DNA of 64,000 nucleotides, taken from contig CAXXLZ010000002.1 of the NCBI GenBank assembly GCA_963675595.2, positions 3,328,001 to 3,392,000 on the forward strand, written 5' to 3'. This DNA is from Thermodesulfobacteriota bacterium. Its GTDB lineage: Bacteria > Desulfobacterota > Desulfarculia > JACQYL01. The notes beneath the pieces were generated by a model. It was not told where the DNA came from and did no database searches. It saw nothing but the letters and a program-made list of their open reading frames with translations. The number at the start of each line of letters is the position of its first letter. The stretch's first letter is position 1. This document shows, one piece after another, positions 58,066-64,000 of the stretch. The position numbers and the translations under genes were made by a program.

Positions 58066-59022
58066 GTGCGCGGAAAACTTCTGAGTTTCAGGACCATTGC
58101 CTACCTGTTCGAAGCGGCGGGAGCCGTGGCGGCGGGCACCCTGATATCCTTGCTGCCGAGGCGATTCCGGCGGATATTTTCAATTGTTGCCGGTACCGTC
58201 GGCTTCCATCTGGATCGACGGGACAGGAAATGGGCTTACCGGAATCTCGATATCATTTACGCGGACAATCCCCTGGACAAGAAGGAAAAAGACCGAATCG
58301 TCAAAGAACTTTTTATCAACATAGCGACGGGAGCGTTCGACTTTTCAAAACTGAATGAAGTGACCCCCAATAATTTCGATCAATTTTTTTATTATGGGAA
58401 TTTTCAAGTGATAGGGCAGGCCTTGTCTCAAGGCAAGGGAGCCATCGCGGTGAGCGCCCATTTCGGCAATTGGGAGTACTATGGAAGCATCGCCGCCAAG
58501 TACATGAACAACATCACCGCCGTGATACAACGGCAATTCAATCCGTTCACGGATTCTTATCTCACATGGATTCGTGAGAAGAGGGGCAACATCAGGTGCC
58601 TGTATCAGGATCGACCCTCGATGTACCAGGAAATAGGCAGAGAATTACGAGAAAACAGAATTCTTGTTTTCCTCGCAGATCAAAGACAATATCGTAAGCC
58701 GATTTTGGTACCGTTTTTCGGCAGACCGGCGGAGACTTCGGACGGAGTCGCCATACTACATCTTTGGTACGGCGCTCCCATTGTCTTGGCGTTTTCCGAG
58801 ATTCAACCGGACGGCAAACAAATCCTGAGGTTGGATGGTCCCTATAATTTCAAGCCCGGCGGAAGCCCACAAGAGGATTGTCAAGAAATCATGAGCTTCA
58901 TTCATGGGAAATTCGAGAAAGTGATCTCGCGGCATCCGGAGCAATGGTTTTCCTTGTTGACTCCGAGATGGGAGCTGAGCCAAGAAACCCTCAGAAGTCA
59001 CCCCTCATTGGGAGACGATTGA
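58066..59022 (+). CDS. LpxL/HtrB-family lipid acyltransferase (copy 2)
   Basis: SAHFGNWE, LADQ, VPFFG, HPEQW, RW; GAGG RBS plus GTG. Confidence 0.88.
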   Translation: MRGKLLSFRTIAYLFEAAGAVAAGTLISLLPRRFRRIFSIVAGTVGFHLDRRDRKWAYRNLDIIYADNPLDKKEKDRIVKELFINIATGAFDFSKLNEVTPNNFDQFFYYGNFQVIGQALSQGKGAIAVSAHFGNWEYYGSIAAKYMNNITAVIQRQFNPFTDSYLTWIREKRGNIRCLYQDRPSMYQEIGRELRENRILVFLADQRQYRKPILVPFFGRPAETSDGVAILHLWYGAPIVLAFSEIQPDGKQILRLDGPYNFKPGGSPQEDCQEIMSFIHGKFEKVISRHPEQWFSLLTPRWELSQETLRSHPSLGDD

Positions 59023-59088
59023 AAGGCGTTGGGAGTTGCTTACTGATCATCCCTCGCCAACCCCCCAGTGGCTTCCGGTGCGAAAATG

Positions 59089-60284
59089 GGTAATGTCCCC
59101 ATTTAGTTGACACGTCAAAGCGTCTTGATTATAATTGCCCCGGAGTGACTTCATGTTTCAAGGGGGCAATCGGTGACCGAACTTGAGAGATGCTTCTGTC
59201 CGAACGAAAAGTGCAAGAATTACGGGTTGAGTAATCAAGGCAACATCGCGGTTCGCGGCAAGTACGGCAAGGACAAAAGTCGCGATCTCCTTTACTGTCG
59301 CACCTGCGGGAAGCGTTTCGCCGCCACTCAATCCAGCGCCCTGTTTGGCCTGCATCTGCCGGCGGAAACGATTCGAGAGATCATCCATCATGCAGCCGAG
59401 GGCGTAGGAGTCCGGGCCACGGCGCGTCTGCTGGCATTGGACAAGGATACGGTAAATCGGGTGATCCTGCGTGCCGGCGAGCATTGCGCGTCCGTGCTAT
59501 CCAGTCTGTTGACCTCGCTGGAGCTGACGGAGGCACAACTGGATGAGCTGTGGACCTTTGTAAAAAAAAGGAACATTCTGGCGCCGCCCAAGACCTCGAG
59601 GAGCGATACGGGCGGACATGGATCTGGACGGCCATCGATGTCCCCACACGATTGCTGATCACGTTCTGGATTGGCGGACGAGAATTGGACGACGCCCGAA
59701 GAATGCTTCAGGATTTGACCGCTCGCTGCCGGAGTAAGCCATTGTTCGTATCGGACGAGCTGCCTCATTATGTCACGATGTTGGCGGAGTTCTTCCACAA
59801 GCAGGTCCCAGTGATGCCGACGGGGAAACCGGGCCGGCCCAGGAACCCCGAACGAGTGGTCGATGCTGATTTGGATTACGCCACAGTGCACAAAACCCGC
59901 GAGGGCGGCAGGGTGGTTAAGGTGGAGCGCCGAGTGGTTTTCGGCAGTGAGCAGAGCGTACACGAGCGGTTGGAGGGTTCGCCCAGCCACACAATCAATA
60001 CCGCCTTTGTCGAGCGCTCCAATCTGCACTGGCGTCTGTGGGATGCTCATTTGGTTCGCAAATCCCTTACATTCGCACGCTCGTGGCGCTGGCTTCGGGC
60101 CAAGTTCGCCATCTGTGTGGCCTGTTATAATTTTGTTCGACCCCATGGAACGCTCAGCCGTAGGGCAAACCGGACATTTCAGCCCAAGACCCCAGCGATG
60201 GCCGCGAACGTGACCGACCATCCCTGGTCGTTCTTAGAATTGTTGGCGTATCCGGTATCATGTCAATAATATGGGGACAGTACC
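59089..60284 (+). mobile_element. Complete IS1-family element, 1196 bp
   Basis: IRs GGTAATGTCCCCATTTAGTTGACA / reverse complement GGTACTGTCCCCATATTATTGACA; 8-bp DR CGAAAATG at 59081-59088 and 60285-60292. Confidence 0.93.
59173..60269 (+). CDS. IS1 transposase InsAB via -1 programmed frameshift
   Basis: InsA (59173-59658): CPN..C / CRTC Zn finger, HTH, DELWTFV. A8 run at 59562-59569. InsB frame: VSDEL, INTAFVERSN, YNFVRPH, TPAMAA. Confidence 0.9.
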
Positions 60285-60305
60285 CGAAAATGGAGGTTTG
60301 AGCAT

Positions 60306-60545
60306 ATGAGCAGAATTCGGTCCGCCATATTCGACTTCGTCAAGCTGTGGGTGGTCCTGTTCATGACCTTCCTGATCGTCAGAACGATCGCAACCCTCTA
60401 CATCTACGGACGAATCGATTTGCGACAGGTCTCCCTGCTGGAATTGCTCTTCGTCCCCTTGGGGCAGGTTGTCGCCCTATGGGTTATCGTACGGAAAAAA
60501 CCGTCGGCGTCTGCGGAATCGAGCCCTGAAGAGCATACCCGTTAA
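60306..60545 (+). CDS. Small two-TM membrane protein (hypothetical)
   Basis: GGAGG RBS, two hydrophobic helices, terminator downstream. Confidence 0.65.
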   Translation: MSRIRSAIFDFVKLWVVLFMTFLIVRTIATLYIYGRIDLRQVSLLELLFVPLGQVVALWVIVRKKPSASAESSPEEHTR

Positions 60546-60577
60546 ACGGGAGTGCCATGCATGGATAGACAAAACGA

Positions 60578-60604
60578 AAGGCGGAATGCTGAGCATTCCG
60601 CCTT
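60578..60604. terminator. Bidirectional terminator between convergent genes
   Basis: AAGGCGGAATGC-TGA-GCATTCCGCCTT perfect 12-bp stem. Confidence 0.75.
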
Positions 60605-60672
60605 CCCTGTTTGCAGGAATCAGCGCAATACGGCTTTGTGAAACGATTTGCGCCGTTGTTCAAGCAGGCCGG

Positions 60673-61611
60673 TCAGTTCTTATGGAGCCCCCGACCCATT
60701 CCGGTCTTTCGGGCAATCCAGGTGCCGGCCAGCAGGATCACCAGAAGGAACGAGATCGTTCCCCAGGGGGTCAGAGACGAGACGCTGGTCGGGGTCGTGT
60801 CCGCGTCCCCGCCGCCGCTTCCCCAGGTACCCCCGGAGCACTGCTCGATCATTTGAGTCCCGCCGCACGTGACGTCGATGCAGTTGTTGTCCCCTATCGG
60901 TACGAAGACGTCAAAAGGCCCTTGTCGCGTAAACCCCCCCGAGTACATCCACACCTTAACCATGCCGGGTATGATCCAATAGTTTTTCCCGCCGGATTGA
61001 TGCAGTTCGAGGGGGTGGTCCACCACCACATTGGGGCAGTCCGCGCCCGTTTGGATGTTCACGGTACCCTCCACCCGATCCGGCGTGCCGTCGTTGTCGG
61101 TGTCCAGCAGGTCCACCGTGGTGAATGCGGGGTTCTGGGCGCAGGGGCTCTCTTCTTGGTATAAGTATTCAAAGCTGATCATGCTGTAGTTGTCGGCGCC
61201 GTCCTGTTTGGTTCCGGTGATCTTGAGCATGTAGTCCGGGTGGTACTCATTCATGCTGTGCCAGCCTCCCGTATGGGAGTGTATCTCTTGGATGGAAGCG
61301 GAATTGCCGTTTTCGGAGTACTCAAACAGGAGGCCCTCCAAATAGGTCGGTTGCTCGGCGGGATCCGGCCACACTCCTCCGTGGGCGGTCACGATTCCGA
61401 CATTGGCCGCCTTGTCCACCTGAAGCGTCCAGTACGCGTCTCCCGCATCGGGCTGGTGGTTGTTGTTGGTGTCGATGTAAACACGATCGACGCCTGAGAC
61501 CTCACAGTCCTCCAGTGCGGCTGAAGCACCGGAAGCGATGCAGAGAAATAGTACCGATAGGGTGATCAGCGCCCCCAACCATGGTTTCCGAAACTGAACG
61601 ACGCCTCGCAT
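60673..61611 (-). CDS. Secreted/surface protein with IPTL-CTERM-like sorting tail
   Basis: GGAGG RBS; signal peptide; C-terminal VSSLTPWG plus TM helix plus basic RK tail. Confidence 0.75.
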   Translation of the reverse strand: MRGVVQFRKPWLGALITLSVLFLCIASGASAALEDCEVSGVDRVYIDTNNNHQPDAGDAYWTLQVDKAANVGIVTAHGGVWPDPAEQPTYLEGLLFEYSENGNSASIQEIHSHTGGWHSMNEYHPDYMLKITGTKQDGADNYSMISFEYLYQEESPCAQNPAFTTVDLLDTDNDGTPDRVEGTVNIQTGADCPNVVVDHPLELHQSGGKNYWIIPGMVKVWMYSGGFTRQGPFDVFVPIGDNNCIDVTCGGTQMIEQCSGGTWGSGGGDADTTPTSVSSLTPWGTISFLLVILLAGTWIARKTGMGRGLHKN

Positions 61612-61979
61612 GGTGCCTCCCTCCTCTTGGCAACACTGATAAAGGGGCTCCTCATCCGCCGCATGGATTGGAAGTGGGTCTCGCGGCATGGAATAAGGAC
61701 GATGATAATTCTTCGGAACGACCGCCCCTGCCGAGGGTGCTTCGAATACAATACCAAAGGGTTGATCATAGAGGAACAATAGCCGTCTATTTAGCATTTT
61801 CCAGGAAGTAAGGCCACCAAAAAACGGATCAATTAACGAGAATCTTTCTCATGGAAATATGATTACGGAATTATGTCCAAACGGACTGTAACCTCCCTCC
61901 GATTTGTCGGGAACTTCCGTTAAGTCATTACTCATTCATAGGACCGGCTGTTGACGAAAGTGCAACTGTTATTACGCTA

Positions 61980-63227
61980 TCATCGTGGGGCTACAGGGCC
62001 TTTCGAGGGAGAGGCGGAATCCGGTACCGCAATGGTCTTCAGTATCTCTTCGGCTATGGCGCGGCTCGCTCCGGGTGGGCCCATGCATTGCGGTCCGGCC
62101 GGGGACATGCGATTTCGCAATAAGGGGTTTTCCAAGAGCCGTATGACGGACGAAGCGGCCGATTCAGGATCGTAGGAGCAAGTGATCAGCCCCTTTCGGC
62201 AAGCCTGGGCCTCCCGGTCGAGATAATTGCGCGTTTTCGCGTCCCGAGGAGGCGTCACGACCACGGGCAGACCCAGTCCCATAGCCTGCTGATTCGCGGT
62301 TCCGGCCATGCCCACGGCCAGGATGGAGGAACGAAGCACGTCCGCAAAATGCCCTTTCACAAAGCGTACGGAGCCTCCGCAGGCATGCCGCAGGGAAAGC
62401 ACCAAACCGTTTTCGCGTGATAACGAAGGACTTTCATCCACGGAATACTCGTTCGCCAACGGGCCGGTCATGAGTTGCCTCCGGATTTTGAGCACATTCA
62501 ATCCGTCGTGGGCGGCGAAAAGAAACTCCGGCGGCGGTTTCATCCCGCCACGCGCGTACACTCGAGATACGATGTCCAGCAGAACCAGAGCATTATCTTC
62601 CGCATCCTCCCGGCTTCCGGCAAGCAGGGCCGCGACAGGGGATTCGGGGGAAGTTCCAAAACGCTCGCCCGTTCCTTCCAGACCGTCCATCATGGGATTC
62701 CCGACGTATTTGTTCACGACCCCGGTCCGAGTGAGCTCCTCCGATGTTTCGGCGTCGCGGGGAAAGGTCATCGCGCAATATTGGGCAAGAAGCCGCTTTT
62801 CAAGGAAGTTGTAGCGATACGCGGGCATGAATCGGGATGATTTCGCGCACCCTACGAACAAGAACGGAGTCCCTGTGAGCAATGCGGTAAGAATGACCAC
62901 GATGTCGCCCACGGCGATCACGAGATCAAAGCATCCTCGAAAGTTCAGAGCGGAACGAATCTGGCGAAGGACCACGAGCAGGGCGCCGTGCTCAATGTCC
63001 TTCAAAACGGACCTTACGCCCTGAATGCCCGCGAGGCCTTCGCTGGGCAGGAGATTCTTCGCTCCGACAATGGACACTCCGGTCTTCGTATAACTCCGAC
63101 CTTCGCCCACCATGGGCCAGGCGGAGACTTCCGTTCCGGAAGGCGCGGATTTCAACAGCTCACGGATCAGGTTCCGGGTGATCCGATCTTCGCCGTGTCC
63201 GTTACTGATGAAAAGAATGCGGGTCAT
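61980..63227 (-). CDS. Lipid-A-disaccharide synthase-related protein (TIGR03492-like, GT-B)
   Basis: LFISNGHGED, PMVGEG..Y, AVGD, AKS, FPRD, VGNPMMD, L.GSR, GMAGTAN.Q..GLG.P, MG.PGAS..IA. Confidence 0.85.
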   Translation of the reverse strand: MTRILFISNGHGEDRITRNLIRELLKSAPSGTEVSAWPMVGEGRSYTKTGVSIVGAKNLLPSEGLAGIQGVRSVLKDIEHGALLVVLRQIRSALNFRGCFDLVIAVGDIVVILTALLTGTPFLFVGCAKSSRFMPAYRYNFLEKRLLAQYCAMTFPRDAETSEELTRTGVVNKYVGNPMMDGLEGTGERFGTSPESPVAALLAGSREDAEDNALVLLDIVSRVYARGGMKPPPEFLFAAHDGLNVLKIRRQLMTGPLANEYSVDESPSLSRENGLVLSLRHACGGSVRFVKGHFADVLRSSILAVGMAGTANQQAMGLGLPVVVTPPRDAKTRNYLDREAQACRKGLITCSYDPESAASSVIRLLENPLLRNRMSPAGPQCMGPPGASRAIAEEILKTIAVPDSASPSKGPVAPR

Positions 63228-63680
63228 GGCGGACTGCGGTTCCTGGATGATTTCGGATATGGGAGGACGTGGGGCGGTTCCAGGTCGAAAGCCGACCGAA
63301 GACCAAATTCATCTGTTCGGCTCCAACTAAGGGCAAGGCGAACGCAATATCAAGAAAAAAGAGCGACCGGAGCGTCGTCGGCGCTCATGTCCGATAAATC
63401 TTCACGTCTCCTTTCTTGCTTCCGGGCCGCGAACCTTTGTTCAAATCCTCGGGTCGTCTTTTTTTCATTCCATCACGTGACCTTCCTCCGACACACCGGT
63501 ATACCCCTGCAAACAATCCAACGGAAACTCCGACGAGGGGACTCTTTGCGGCGGGAGAGGCCTTAAAGGCCTGCAGAACGGGATCCCGCGTTACGGACGA
63601 TACGCACGGGATTGGTTTTGAACGAAAGCGGTCTCGTGCTTGTTGAAACTCACCGGCATCAAATAACAAGGAGGATGATT

Positions 63681-64000
63681 ATGAAATCGGCGACGTTGAA
63701 AAAGATGATTCGTGTGGGCGCTATCGGAGTCTTCGCTCTGACTCTCGCCTCGGGTCCGGCTTTTGCCGGGGGCATGAATCGAGAAACCACGCGGACGGGT
63801 CCGGGAGGTCATTCCGCGACCACCAGCCATTCCCAGAGCTGGGGCGTCCAGAACGGTCAAATGCAGCGGACTTCCGAACACACCGGTCCCGGCGGACAAT
63901 CCGTGTCCTCGACCAAAACCGTGACTCCCACGGAAAGCGGGATGCAGAGAAGCCGGACCATGACGGGCCCCGGCGGTTACTCCTCCAGCAAGACCACCAC
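63681..64000 (+). CDS. Secreted protein with TGPGG repeats (partial, runs off the window)
   Basis: AGGAGG RBS plus ATG; signal ending AFA; RTGPGG, HTGPGG, MTGPGG repeats. Manual translation, not in the ORF track. Confidence 0.75.
   Translation, partial: MKSATLKKMIRVGAIGVFALTLASGPAFAGGMNRETTRTGPGGHSATTSHSQSWGVQNGQMQRTSEHTGPGGQSVSSTKTVTPTESGMQRSRTMTGPGGYSSSKTT

Overview
GC-rich bacterial chromosome segment. Gene content (DUF6178, futalosine menaquinone pathway, Sec-containing SelD, CheB/CheR fusion) suggests an anaerobic Deltaproteobacterium/Desulfobacterota; this is an inference. In order it carries: the ribF 3' end, queE, DUF6178, groESL, yihY, yedF-selD (selenoprotein with SECIS), a cheBR plus sensor kinase pair, a block of secreted proteins (PPC protein, TSP3/Cys-rich protein, S8-PKD protease, TPR), hsp20, a RAYT transposase with REP-like hairpins, HIT plus two exported phosphoesterases, moaA-DUF1786-moaE, rpiA, mqnA/aroK/mqnE/mqnC, a secreted caspase-PEGA-YEATS fusion, a TonB-dependent Ni/Co-type uptake module behind a putative attenuator, and CBS-HPP. 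It ends with a ~17 kb lipid locus: a self-contained type II FAS-like operon (atypical ACP with a Zn-ribbon tail, KS plus Cys-less KS, two hotdog proteins, two SDRs, MsbA-like exporter) flanked by two LpxL-like acyltransferases, a divergent LpxB and an LpxB-related protein, and interrupted by two IS elements with intact ends and target duplications. That locus is the best candidate for an undescribed system. Several non-coding regulatory motifs were also read directly from the sequence. No rRNA, tRNA or CRISPR array was seen. All family assignments come from motif recognition, not database searches.
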